Program-made: the position numbers and the translations under genes
Part shown: piece after piece, positions 33,780 through 43,489 of the stretch
Numbering within the stretch: position 1 is the stretch's first letter
How the letters are laid out: each line of letters opens with the position of its first letter
Source of the DNA: Bdellovibrionaceae bacterium UBA6502
GTDB lineage: Bacteria; Bdellovibrionota; Bdellovibrionia; Bdellovibrionales; UBA840
Reading direction: 5' to 3'
Assembly (NCBI GenBank): GCA_002436415.1
Contig: DJMA01000012.1
Coordinates: forward strand, 90,345 to 154,344
Length of the DNA stretch: 64,000 nucleotides
The notes under the pieces: model-generated
Seen by the model: only the letters and a program-made list of their open reading frames with translations
What the model was told of the DNA's origin: nothing
Databases searched by the model: none

Positions 33780-35864
33780 ATGCGTTCATTATTTCTAATT
33801 CTACTTTTGCAGGCTTTTATAGTCTCATGTGCCGGACCATCAAATGATGACTCCACCAACGAGAATCCAAATACGGAAAATCCCGTAGATAATTCCCCTG
33901 GAAACTCTGAACCACAACCAATCATTGCACCGGAAATAATATCACCTATTAGTGATTTAGGACCCGCTAGTACACACAATTTGTCTTTTCAATGTAGCAG
34001 TAGCTGTGAGTATCGTTTTTCATACCAAAGCACAGCCAATATCGATTTGTCTGCTTTAAACTATGCTGCAACAAACTCTTACGAACTTAGTCCAGCAACT
34101 GGTACCTATTATTTTGCCATTCAAGCAAGAGATACGAACAATCAACTGGAATCTAGTATCATAGAAATCCAAATTGAAATTGATAAAGACGCGCCCTCAA
34201 GTGTTTCGAACCTTAGTATTGACTCTGAACAAACAGAAACAAGAAGTCCTTCCGCTAGCTGGGATTTAGCTACAGACAACACAAGCATCTCTCATTATGA
34301 ATTATCTGTCGGTACAAGCCCTGGCGGTGCAGAGATTCAAAGCTATACAAACATAGGTAATTCAAACACTGGTTTTCTCAGTCAGTTACAACTCGAAGAC
34401 GCCATTGATTACTATTTAAATGTCAGAGCAGTAGATATTGCTGGTAACCAAGGACCCGTTATCTCTAGCTCTGCTTGGAATATTCCCGGAGCTCCCTACC
34501 CTGTAGACTCCTTAGCCCTAAGAAAAATATCTCAAACAGAAATAGAAATTGGTTGGTCGGCCCCTAATAATAACGGCATTGCGATTACGGATTACTACAT
34601 TGACTATCGTTTGGCAGAACCTGCAGGCAACAACTGGACAAGTCTCAATGATGCCGTCAGCACGGATACTACAGCTAAAATTAGTGGCTTGAGCCCATCT
34701 ACTAAATACCAATTTCAAGTAAGAGCTTACAATGGAACAAGTAGTTTAGGCTCCAATGTTTTAGAGGCAGAAACAGCACCAGAAGACCCATTTTTTGAAC
34801 CGAATTATTTTAAAGCAATGAACTTAGGTGGTGCTAGCAAAAGCATCCTTGTTGCATGGGAAGATTCCACTGAAATATTTTTGAACGACGCCACTAGCAT
34901 TGTGTTAAATGCCGCTGAAACCTATGAATTCGACTCTAATCTTGGTGACGTTTTAAAGTCAGAAAAATTCTTCTTCGTATCAGGACGCTTAACAAACGGT
35001 AGCGCTGGAAACAATGATGTAAGCCGAAATGCAAATATCGTATGGAGCTCTCCTGACTGGGCAGGTAAGGACTTTCTTTTTACTGGTACAAGAAACGCAG
35101 ATCATAGAGTTAGCGTTTATTCCTTCGAGGATAGTAGCGTAGAATTATTCGATGGAGATAGTTTGATAGAACAAATCAACTTAAACGCAGGTGATTTCCA
35201 CCAATTTAGCATCTCCTATCATGGTGGCTTTCAAATCAAAAGTGATAAACTAATCCTCGCCTATATGTACTCTGGTGGCGATGAATATGCAATCGATCCA
35301 AAGCCCCTTCTTCCTGCTAGTTTTGATATATTAGGGATTCCATCTAGGAGTGTTAAAATCACAACTTCTAGTAACACTGCTACTGCTAATTTATATCACT
35401 CAGACTCTTTTACTAGTCAGCTACAATTGGCTGCTGGGTCTGAGAAGTCTGTAAATGGACGAGGAGTGATAGGTCTTTACAAAGAAAATGCCTTGCGAAT
35501 TCGATCCACAGAAGAACTAGTGGCAAACTCAAATGCTGACGCCAACGGCTATTGCTCAGCGCCTTTTGTTCCAACTTCTTTATTAAAGAAAAAATTTATC
35601 GTGAATGCTAAGATCGACTTCATTGCATTTGCTTCACTACAAGCGGGAGACATCACTGTCGAACTTCCAGATGGAAGTACATCATTAATTCCTTTAGAAC
35701 GAACGGGAGATGAAGCTTTTGCTCCCTTTAAGGCAAGAACTTCAGGAGTTCCAGCAGGTACGAAATTTTATTCTTCCACTCGCTTTCAAGCTTGGTATCA
35801 AGCGAATGGAAATACTGATTCTATTGCTGATGATGATGAAACAATATTATTTGGTTTTGACTAA
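33780..35864 (+). CDS. surface lipoprotein with fibronectin type III-like repeats
   Basis: Lipobox IVSC. FN3 signature (EIGWSAPNNNGIAITDYYIDYR...YQFQVRAYN). Confidence 0.75.
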   Translation: MRSLFLILLLQAFIVSCAGPSNDDSTNENPNTENPVDNSPGNSEPQPIIAPEIISPISDLGPASTHNLSFQCSSSCEYRFSYQSTANIDLSALNYAATNSYELSPATGTYYFAIQARDTNNQLESSIIEIQIEIDKDAPSSVSNLSIDSEQTETRSPSASWDLATDNTSISHYELSVGTSPGGAEIQSYTNIGNSNTGFLSQLQLEDAIDYYLNVRAVDIAGNQGPVISSSAWNIPGAPYPVDSLALRKISQTEIEIGWSAPNNNGIAITDYYIDYRLAEPAGNNWTSLNDAVSTDTTAKISGLSPSTKYQFQVRAYNGTSSLGSNVLEAETAPEDPFFEPNYFKAMNLGGASKSILVAWEDSTEIFLNDATSIVLNAAETYEFDSNLGDVLKSEKFFFVSGRLTNGSAGNNDVSRNANIVWSSPDWAGKDFLFTGTRNADHRVSVYSFEDSSVELFDGDSLIEQINLNAGDFHQFSISYHGGFQIKSDKLILAYMYSGGDEYAIDPKPLLPASFDILGIPSRSVKITTSSNTATANLYHSDSFTSQLQLAAGSEKSVNGRGVIGLYKENALRIRSTEELVANSNADANGYCSAPFVPTSLLKKKFIVNAKIDFIAFASLQAGDITVELPDGSTSLIPLERTGDEAFAPFKARTSGVPAGTKFYSSTRFQAWYQANGNTDSIADDDETILFGFD

Positions 35865-35872
35865 TAAGAGGC

Positions 35873-36211
35873 TTATTTTAATTTCGCTTTGGAAATTCTA
35901 TGAACATCATTCATATTCATTTCCATGCGAGACAAAGCCTTATCCGATCTGTCGATTTGATTACGCATGAAGCGCACTAAGTCATAGGAAGACAAATGCA
36001 TCGCTGGACTGATATTAAAAGAGCTTGCCGGTTCTTTTTCTGAATTGATTTTTAAACCGATCATCTTTTGAATATTTACGAATTCTTTGTTCTCTTTTTG
36101 CATCTCTTCCTCACTGGTCTTTTGGCTGGTAATAATGCTATCTCTAGCAGTACTCAAATAAAACTTAAATTTTCTTACATTTGTTATAATTTTCTTAAAC
36201 CTAATATTCAC
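35873..36211 (-). CDS. hypothetical protein
   Basis: ORF overlapping the stop of the upstream matrixin-like gene by 11 nt. I recognise no family. Confidence 0.45.
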   Translation of the reverse strand: MNIRFKKIITNVRKFKFYLSTARDSIITSQKTSEEEMQKENKEFVNIQKMIGLKINSEKEPASSFNISPAMHLSSYDLVRFMRNQIDRSDKALSRMEMNMNDVHRISKAKLK

Positions 36212-36842
36212 AACTTAAAGCAGCTAAATCTTGCTCCGTTGGTTCTCTTCTCTCATCGAAATTCGTGGCTAATTCCGGGTACATAACACTTTCTACCTCA
36301 TCCACATGAGCCAATCCTAGGGCATGTCCAATTTCATGAACAATCAAAGCAACCAAATCCACTCGTCCGTATCTGGCTTTATCTACAAAGAAATTGTGGT
36401 CATCTTCATTAATTCCGATGCTGGCCGTATAGATGTTATTTCCGCGCCATTTAATCAATGTTCTGGCTTGTTCTCTTGAGAGGCCTTCCTCCCAATCATA
36501 TATCCATAGAATCTTGATATCCATTTCACCGATTTGTGACTCAGGCAAGATTCCGTAGAAATCAAAAATTTCGTAGCCTAAAGCGTTTTCCCAATTGATC
36601 AAGGCCTGCTCAATGGCTCTAACATAGTCGGCATCGTAAATTCCTTCTCTCACTCCGACTTTCAACTTCTCTGTTGTTTTCCAAGAAACTCTCTGTTTTT
36701 GCGAGTTCATCACGAAATCACAACTTTCCTGAGGAGCTATGGTGTCAGTACAGGCTACAAGCCAAGTCATAACTAATAGTAGACTGATGCTGGTTTTAAT
36801 TTTGGTTTTCCAATTCGTAATCAAAATGCTTTTCCTCCGCAC
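36201..36842 (-). CDS. matrixin-like (M10/metzincin) zinc metalloprotease lipoprotein
   Basis: HEIGHALGLAH zinc motif plus an SVMYP Met-turn. Lipobox LVAC. Confidence 0.8.
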   Translation of the reverse strand: MRRKSILITNWKTKIKTSISLLLVMTWLVACTDTIAPQESCDFVMNSQKQRVSWKTTEKLKVGVREGIYDADYVRAIEQALINWENALGYEIFDFYGILPESQIGEMDIKILWIYDWEEGLSREQARTLIKWRGNNIYTASIGINEDDHNFFVDKARYGRVDLVALIVHEIGHALGLAHVDEVESVMYPELATNFDERREPTEQDLAALSCEY

Positions 36843-37428
36843 CCTCTTTTATTTCAAGAGCCGGGCCAAGACCTAAAAAACCAAAGACTCTAATCGTAAG
36901 CATCTGAAAATACTAAACTTTTTAAATACATCCGCAATTTTTCCAAGGAAAACGATTAAGGCTGGGGCTGTTAGTGAATTTTTACCAGAACAAGGTGAAA
37001 TCTATAACACACTGAAATCACTGATTTATTTCAATATGTTATTTTATAACAGGAAAGTTACAAAAAACGCCACCTAGAAAACGCCTTATAAATAAATATA
37101 CTTTTTAGTGCTGAGAAATAGAATAGCTCTAATTACCGGACCTCCTGTCCAATATTTTGGACAAGTCTCTCTGAGAAAGTTTAAATCTTTCTAGGCGCTT
37201 TGAAGCTTGTTTTTTTAGAATCAAAGCCTCTAAAATTAGAATAAATAACAAAACCTTATATAAGAGCTCATCAAAAGCTATTTACCCCACATACAAAGCC
37301 ATTCTATCCAGTTTAATTATGGCACCAGCCAAGACCTAGGTCGCACAACGCACCTCCTTCAACTGAAAAATAGCTCAATTTTAGTATATTCATGAAATAA
37401 ATTCGTGTCAGAGTGGCACTCATAAAGC

Positions 37429-37444
37429 TGGCACCAAGCTTGCT
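37429..37444 (+). promoter_or_regulatory. sigma-54 promoter TGGCAC-CAAGC-TTGCT with no downstream gene
   Basis: Exact consensus. A second TGGCAC box lies at 37414-37419. No credible ORF or RBS lies downstream. Confidence 0.75.
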
Positions 37445-37454
37445 CTATATAAGG

Positions 37455-37712
37455 CTATCACCGGCTCTTCGCCACGATCGTGGAGACCAACAGAGCCACC
37501 TATCCTACCTAACTTTACTTGTCATCCAGTGGGAGAAAACTCTCCCGCTAGGTCGTATCTTTAAAATGAAAAAATTACACACCCCTTTTTCACTCCCTGA
37601 TAAAGCTTCTCTAAGACTGTGTCTTCCTAGAAAGCCTGTCTGATCAATGGGCTCCAAAAAAAACTTCCCCAGCAAAAATCAAAAAAAAAGAGATCCCAGT
37701 GGATCTCTTTTG
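37455..37712 (+). ncRNA. candidate sigma-54-dependent small RNA (~260 nt)
   Basis: The interval runs from the predicted TSS to the terminator at 37689-37711. Internal hairpins are GGCTCT(37463)...CCACGATCGTGG(37472-37483)...AGAGCC(37492) and GGGAGA-AAAC-TCTCCC (37531-37546). Confidence 0.35.
37681..37712. terminator. bidirectional rho-independent terminator
   Basis: AGAGATCC-CAGT-GGATCTCT is flanked by A9 upstream and T4 downstream. It serves the minus-strand response regulator gene and the plus-strand orphan transcript. Confidence 0.8.
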
Positions 37713-37735
37713 ATAAATTTATTTAAAAAAATACT

Positions 37736-38443
37736 TTAGTGTTGGACTCCGCTTAAACCAGCAAAACGATAGCCAACACCACGAACGGTTTGAATATCAT
37801 CTCCTCTACCGCCTAATTTTTTACGAAGAGCAGCCATATGCACATCAATGGTTCTGTCTGTTATGCTTAAACGTCCAAGAACTTTTTCTCGCAATTGGTC
37901 ACGAGATAAAACTCTTCCAGCCTGCATTAATAACTCGCTAAGAAGCTTAAACTCAGTAAGAGTTAATTTCACTTCCTCTTCATCAACGAAAACTTTGTGA
38001 GCTGAAAAATCCACTACTAAATTGTGATTTACAAGTTGGTTTGGACGATTTGTAGCTACTAATGTACCTTTAGTCCTTCTAAGCACTGCACGAATTCTTG
38101 CAGCAAGCTCTTTAGACATAAAAGGCTTTGTCACATAATCATCCACACCAGAGTTGAAGGCTTCTAGTTTTTCGCCCTCTCCACCGAGACCGGTAACCAT
38201 AATCACTGGAATATCTGAAAAGTTTGAATCATTTCTTAGGTCTCTAAGAACATCGATTCCCATTTTTCCTGGCATCAATTGATCTAGCAAAATAATATCT
38301 GGATTGTATTTGGTAACTACATCCATAACCGAATCACCTCGGTCGCAGGTATAAACTAAAAATCCTTGATTGATTAACTTTTGTGATAGTAATTCACGAA
38401 TGTCTTGTTCGTCTTCAACCAAAAGTACTGAGATTTCTTCCAT
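37736..38443 (-). CDS. OmpR-family response regulator (canonical receiver)
   Basis: LLVEDE, DIILLDQLMPG, VIMVTG and DYVTKPF. Winged-helix C-terminus (TVRGVGYRF). Confidence 0.9.
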   Translation of the reverse strand: MEEISVLLVEDEQDIRELLSQKLINQGFLVYTCDRGDSVMDVVTKYNPDIILLDQLMPGKMGIDVLRDLRNDSNFSDIPVIMVTGLGGEGEKLEAFNSGVDDYVTKPFMSKELAARIRAVLRRTKGTLVATNRPNQLVNHNLVVDFSAHKVFVDEEEVKLTLTEFKLLSELLMQAGRVLSRDQLREKVLGRLSITDRTIDVHMAALRKKLGGRGDDIQTVRGVGYRFAGLSGVQH

Positions 38444-38709
38444 CTTTAAACGCCCCTAACAAAAAGCCAATAATACTCTAAAGCACATTCAATTAGTTTT
38501 CAATTATCTTCTAAAAAGAATAACTATTTATAAATAATTTTAGTACTACTTAGCAATACCTTGCAATATACCCAGCTTTCAGAATTTCGCAAGTGATGTA
38601 AACCAAATTGGTTATTTAACTGGGCTTTTGTTCGCTTTTCAGAGCCATTTGACCTTTCAAAGAGCAATTGTTTACAAGATGTTTAAAAATGCCACCTGGC
38701 GGTAATTTC

Positions 38710-39621
38710 TCAGTGCAGGGCGTTTTTCCTAACTTCCTCTAAAAGCTCAGTTAAGCGCGATTTATCTACCGAATACTGTTTACTACAAAACTCACAAGTT
38801 ACTTCTGCGCCATTTTCTCTAGCTAAAAGTTCCTGGATATCATTTTCTGATAAAAATAAAATCGAACGCTCTACCTTTTCTTGCGTACATGTACATGAAT
38901 AACTAAGTTCATGCTCATGTTCGATCTCCATCAACTCGATTCCTTTTAAAAACTCTTCTAGAATTTCTTGTTCGCCGCCGCCATCAACCAAAATTTTTGA
39001 TAGCTCTTTTGCGTTTTTAACATTTTCTTCGAGAGTTTTAATCTCTTGCTCAGTATGCCCAGGCATTAGCTCAATGATTAAACCACCCGCTGCTGTCAAA
39101 AGGCCATACTCGTTAATATGCTCTCCTAAAGCTACTACGGAAGGAATTTGATGAGACTGCTGTAAATACCAAGCAATGTCAGAACCTATTTCACCGGTTT
39201 TAATAATAACCGTTCCATTGAAAGGTTGTTTTTGGTAAGGCAAAGTTCGCACAACATTTAAAAGCCCAACTCCAATTGCTGAACTAACATCGATTTTTCC
39301 ATCTTTTAAAGCAAGATCAAACTGTGGATTAGCAATATAGCCACGCACACTTCCCTCAAAACTTGCTTCCACAAACAGCTCGCCAATGGGACCATTACCT
39401 TGAAAGTGTAAGCCTGTTTTTCCATTCTTTGCCTGTGAAGCCAAAAGGCAAGCAGATAAAGTTGCCCTTCCCATAGCAACACTAGCAACAGGACTCATAT
39501 TGGGGTGAACATTTTGTAACTCGGCGATCAGTTGCTGGGCAATTACACAAGATACCCTTACTGTGCCTGACTTCGATAAATATTTTTTAACAATGTCGTG
39601 GTTTGGTAGTGCCTGACTCAT
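38710..39621 (-). CDS. hslO: redox-regulated chaperone Hsp33
   Basis: Hsp33 N-domain pattern and the C-terminal zinc centre CTC...CEFC. Confidence 0.9.
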   Translation of the reverse strand: MSQALPNHDIVKKYLSKSGTVRVSCVIAQQLIAELQNVHPNMSPVASVAMGRATLSACLLASQAKNGKTGLHFQGNGPIGELFVEASFEGSVRGYIANPQFDLALKDGKIDVSSAIGVGLLNVVRTLPYQKQPFNGTVIIKTGEIGSDIAWYLQQSHQIPSVVALGEHINEYGLLTAAGGLIIELMPGHTEQEIKTLEENVKNAKELSKILVDGGGEQEILEEFLKGIELMEIEHEHELSYSCTCTQEKVERSILFLSENDIQELLARENGAEVTCEFCSKQYSVDKSRLTELLEEVRKNALH

Positions 39622-39774
39622 ATACTTTAGATTACCTTATTTTTTCCTATTAATGTAGTTGATCTTAATATTTTATTTCATACGGCAAATTAGGCTGACT
39701 AGGCTAGAAAGTTTTGTTTCAATGCAAAAATTATTGAGTCTATCTTATATTGAGACAATACAGAGGATAAAACT

Positions 39775-40356
39775 ATGATTCAAAATATTTGGTGCATTGG
39801 TCGATCTTACGCAGAACACGCAAAAGAATTAAACAACGAAATCCCTGACACTCCCTTGATATTTTTAAAATCTGGGGCTTGCGCCGAAATAAATTTGAAT
39901 GAAATAAAATTACCCAATATAAAAGATGAATTTCATTACGAACTAGAGCTAGCTCTACGCTTTGGAGCTAAGCTTGAATTTGACGCCTATACTGTAGCCA
40001 TTGATTTAACCAATCGCTCCGCCCAAGAAAAGCTTAAAGCAAAGGGAAAGCCTTGGACTTTGGCAAAAAGTTTTAAAGGCGCCTGTCCTTTAGGAAATTG
40101 GCATAGTCTTCACAAGCAGGATTTAAAAAATATTGAGCTTGAACTAATTATTAATGGAGAAACAAAACAAAAAGCCAATACAAAATTACTCTTGTTTCCT
40201 GTGGAAGAAATGCGTCAATACCTTTTAGAAAACTTTCCCGTCCAAGAAGGCGATGTCTACCTTTCAGGAACTCCTGCTGGCGTAGGACCTTTACGAAAAC
40301 AAGACGAGCTAATTGCCAGAGTGGCTGATGTAGAAAAAAGATGGACGGTCATTTAG
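39775..40356 (+). CDS. fumarylacetoacetate hydrolase (FAH) family protein
   Basis: CIGRSYAEHAKEL, YELELA and GTPAGVGPL blocks. Confidence 0.85.
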   Translation: MIQNIWCIGRSYAEHAKELNNEIPDTPLIFLKSGACAEINLNEIKLPNIKDEFHYELELALRFGAKLEFDAYTVAIDLTNRSAQEKLKAKGKPWTLAKSFKGACPLGNWHSLHKQDLKNIELELIINGETKQKANTKLLLFPVEEMRQYLLENFPVQEGDVYLSGTPAGVGPLRKQDELIARVADVEKRWTVI

Positions 40357-40438
40357 GAAGCAAAAGCCGAAAGATTTTGAGCGCAAAAAGCTGTCAAGTC
40401 GTGATCTAGCCAAAAAAGCTCTTAAATCCTAGTTTCTT

Positions 40439-43400
40439 ATGCGATTTTCCTTGATTTCCCCCTCTCCCCTATCCCATTATCCCAGATGGCTACTAAAATT
40501 AATCAGTTCTTCAATAGCCAACGGGGGTCTTATGGATAAACAACAAATTGAAAATCGAATTGAGAAGATTGGCACCGAAATTTTTCAAAAAACCGAGAAC
40601 GTAAACTCTGGAAATATCTTTAATAAAGACTGGTGGTATGGAAAAGTAATGGACTGGAGTATGAAAAACACCCAGTTCAAAATTAATATGTTTCGATTCG
40701 TCGATGTACTACCTTACTTAAACTCCGGCTCCGAAGTTCACCGCCACCTAAAAGAATACTTCACTGAAGGTGGAGAAAAACTTCCTAGCTTTTTTAATTT
40801 TGGAATGGGCGTAGGTGCACTTGCACCAGGACTACTAGCAAAAAGCCTTCGTAAAAACGTAACAGAAATGGCTCGTATGTTCATTGCTGGTGAGGACCCA
40901 AAAGATGCATTAAAGGTTTTAGAAAAACATCGCGCCAAAAAGGTAGCTTTTACAGCTGACTTGTTGGGAGAAGCTTGCCTCTCTGAAAAAGAGGCTCTCG
41001 AATATCAGAGCCGTTATATTGATATGATCCAATATTTAAGTAAGGCCTCTGAAACTTGGAAGCACGATCCTTTATTAGATGAAAACCACTTAGGTGAAAT
41101 TCCAAAAGTAAATGTGAGTGTAAAGCTGAGTAGCTTGTATTCACAAATAAAAATTGCAGCATGGCATGAGTCTAAAGAAATTTTAAAAGAACGCCTTCGA
41201 CCAGTATTACAGTACGCAAAAGAAAGAAATGTATTTTTAAACCTCGATCTTGAACAATACGAAATTAAAGACTTAACCATAGAAGTTTTTAAAGAACTTG
41301 CCATGGAGCCAGCCTTCGTAAACTACCCTCACTTTGGCTTAGTCGTACAAGCCTATTTGCGAGATAGCTTCAAAGAGTGTGAGTCATTAATAGAATATAG
41401 TAAAAAACGTGGAACCCCTGTTACCGTTCGTTTGGTTAAAGGTGCCTATTGGGATTACGAAACCATCGACTCAGAACAAAAGCGCTGGCACTTTCCTGTA
41501 TATACAAACAAAAAAGAAAGTGACGCCAATTACGAAAAATGTGCCAAACTTTTACTTGATAATTACCAGCACATTTGGCTGGCCATCGGTTCCCATAATG
41601 TGAGAAGTATCTCTGCCTGTATTGCCTACGCAGAAGAAAAAAGCATTCCTAAAAATGCTTTTGAAATTCAAATGCTCTACGGAATGGCTGATGATTTTAA
41701 GCAAGCTTTGATTGCTATGGATTTTCGAGTCAGAGAATACGCACCAATTGGTGAACTGATTCCAGGTATGGCTTACTTAGTGCGACGCCTCTTAGAAAAC
41801 ACCTCTAATGAATCCTTTTTAAAATCTAAGTTTGTCGATCATACTGAAATCAAAGAACTCATGAAAGACCCTGCTGAGAATCTAGAAGCATCCAATGATT
41901 TTCCAGCGACCAAGGAACGTTTTTACAATGAAGCAATGCTTGATTTTGTCATCCCAGAAAACAGAAACAAATTAAGCTTGGCCATCGAGAGCTCTAAAAA
42001 ACAACATATTGGACCGTACAAATTATTCATAGAAGGTAAGTCCGTTGAAACTAGTAGAAAACTAGATAGTTTAAACCCTTCCGACGAGTCCTTGGTGGGA
42101 AGCTTTTATTTAGCCACTGAGGTCGAGGCCGAAAAGGCAGTGAAGTCTGCCCTTAAGGCATTACCAGAATGGAGTAAAACCAGTGTCGAAAAGAGGGCGT
42201 CTTTATTAGAGGCATTGGCAGATAAAATTTTGGAGAGACGTTTTGAATTAATCGCTCTTGAAATTAGAGAAGTTGGAAAAACATGGTCCGAAGCAGACGC
42301 CGACATTACCGAGGCCGTGGATTTTTGCCGTTATTACGCTAGAGAAATGAGACGCTTAGACCAACCCCATAGAGTTGGTGCTGTTCTTGGTGAAGTCTCA
42401 ATGTACCACTACAGAGCAAGAGGAGTATCTTTAGTGATTGCTCCTTGGAACTTTCCACTAGCCATTTTAACCGGATTAGTTACCTCCTCTTTAGTTACAG
42501 GTAACACTGTCGTCATGAAACCGGCCGAGCAAAGTACGATAACCGCAGCTGTATTGATGGACATGATTATTGAAGTTGGTTTTCCATCTGAAGTGGTTCA
42601 ATTTCTACCTGGCATCGGAGAAGAGGTTGGTGAATACTTAGTGAATCATTCAGAGATTGCAACGATCGCCTTTACAGGCTCAAAAAACGTTGGCCTGGGA
42701 ATCGTTCAAAAAGCTGCGAAAACAAAATCAGGTCAAACACAAGTCAAAAAGTGTGTCATTGAGATGGGCGGAAAAAACGCTATTATTGTAGATAACGATG
42801 CTGATTTAGATGTGGCCATCGACGGAATTTTGTACAGCTGTTTTGCTTTTGCAGGACAAAAATGCTCCGCCTGTTCTAGAATCATTGTTGTCGGTGATAT
42901 CTATGAACGCTTCATGGAACGCTTTCTCGACTCAGCAAATTCATTACTACAAGACAAAGCTAGTAATCCGAAAGCCTATGCTGGCCCAGTGATTGACGAA
43001 GAAAGCAAGAACCGAGTGCTGGAATTTTTAGATAAAATTTCTGACAAAAACAAAATTGCATTCCAGGCTGAAGTTCCTGACCAAGGATTTTTTGTGCCTT
43101 TCACCATTGTTACTGAGGTTGAACCACAAGATGAAATTGCCAACACTGAGTTATTTGCTCCTGTTGTGGCAATCCTCAAAGCGGAAAACATTGATGAAGC
43201 ACTGAAGATTGCAAATGGAACCGAGTATGCATTAACAGGTGGTCTATTCTCAAGAAGCCCCGCAAACATTGATAAAGTTAGAGAAGAATTTGAAGTTGGA
43301 AACTTGTACATCAACCGCTCTTGCACAGGAGCCCTTGTGGATCGACATCCATTTGGTGGCTATAAAATGTCGGGAGTTGGTTCCAAAGCAGGTGGACCAG

Positions 43401-43489
43401 ATTACTTACTTCAGTTTATGAACCCAAGGGTTGTAACGGAAAATACTATGCGCCAAGGTTTTGCGCCACCGGAAAACGATTCCGAATAA
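40439..43489 (+). CDS. putA: bifunctional proline dehydrogenase / L-glutamate gamma-semialdehyde dehydrogenase
   Basis: PRODH barrel blocks plus ALDH blocks (FTGS, EMGGKNA, CSACSR) and the C-terminal NTMRQGFAP. The likely start is the ATG at 40532. Confidence 0.92.
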   Translation: MRFSLISPSPLSHYPRWLLKLISSSIANGGLMDKQQIENRIEKIGTEIFQKTENVNSGNIFNKDWWYGKVMDWSMKNTQFKINMFRFVDVLPYLNSGSEVHRHLKEYFTEGGEKLPSFFNFGMGVGALAPGLLAKSLRKNVTEMARMFIAGEDPKDALKVLEKHRAKKVAFTADLLGEACLSEKEALEYQSRYIDMIQYLSKASETWKHDPLLDENHLGEIPKVNVSVKLSSLYSQIKIAAWHESKEILKERLRPVLQYAKERNVFLNLDLEQYEIKDLTIEVFKELAMEPAFVNYPHFGLVVQAYLRDSFKECESLIEYSKKRGTPVTVRLVKGAYWDYETIDSEQKRWHFPVYTNKKESDANYEKCAKLLLDNYQHIWLAIGSHNVRSISACIAYAEEKSIPKNAFEIQMLYGMADDFKQALIAMDFRVREYAPIGELIPGMAYLVRRLLENTSNESFLKSKFVDHTEIKELMKDPAENLEASNDFPATKERFYNEAMLDFVIPENRNKLSLAIESSKKQHIGPYKLFIEGKSVETSRKLDSLNPSDESLVGSFYLATEVEAEKAVKSALKALPEWSKTSVEKRASLLEALADKILERRFELIALEIREVGKTWSEADADITEAVDFCRYYAREMRRLDQPHRVGAVLGEVSMYHYRARGVSLVIAPWNFPLAILTGLVTSSLVTGNTVVMKPAEQSTITAAVLMDMIIEVGFPSEVVQFLPGIGEEVGEYLVNHSEIATIAFTGSKNVGLGIVQKAAKTKSGQTQVKKCVIEMGGKNAIIVDNDADLDVAIDGILYSCFAFAGQKCSACSRIIVVGDIYERFMERFLDSANSLLQDKASNPKAYAGPVIDEESKNRVLEFLDKISDKNKIAFQAEVPDQGFFVPFTIVTEVEPQDEIANTELFAPVVAILKAENIDEALKIANGTEYALTGGLFSRSPANIDKVREEFEVGNLYINRSCTGALVDRHPFGGYKMSGVGSKAGGPDYLLQFMNPRVVTENTMRQGFAPPENDSE

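Noticed and set aside
36930-36939. Solo partial matches to the TIR arm (ATCCGCAATT at 36930, and TTTAATTGC at about 63444)
   Set aside because: Matches of only 9-10 nt are expected by chance many times in 64 kb. Neither site has a partner arm.
36862-37335. Shared 11-mer GCCAAGACCTA (about 36865 and about 37325), and the 8-mer ATCTCAAA near two sigma-54 promoters
   Set aside because: Exact matches of 8-11 nt are expected hundreds of times among all position pairs in this window. There is no extended similarity.
37413-37643. 76-aa ORF from the track in the long gene-free region
   Set aside because: It begins upstream of, and runs through, the perfect sigma-54 promoter at 37429-37444. It has no RBS, and its sequence is low-complexity and unrecognisable. 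I interpret the region as non-coding (candidate sRNA).
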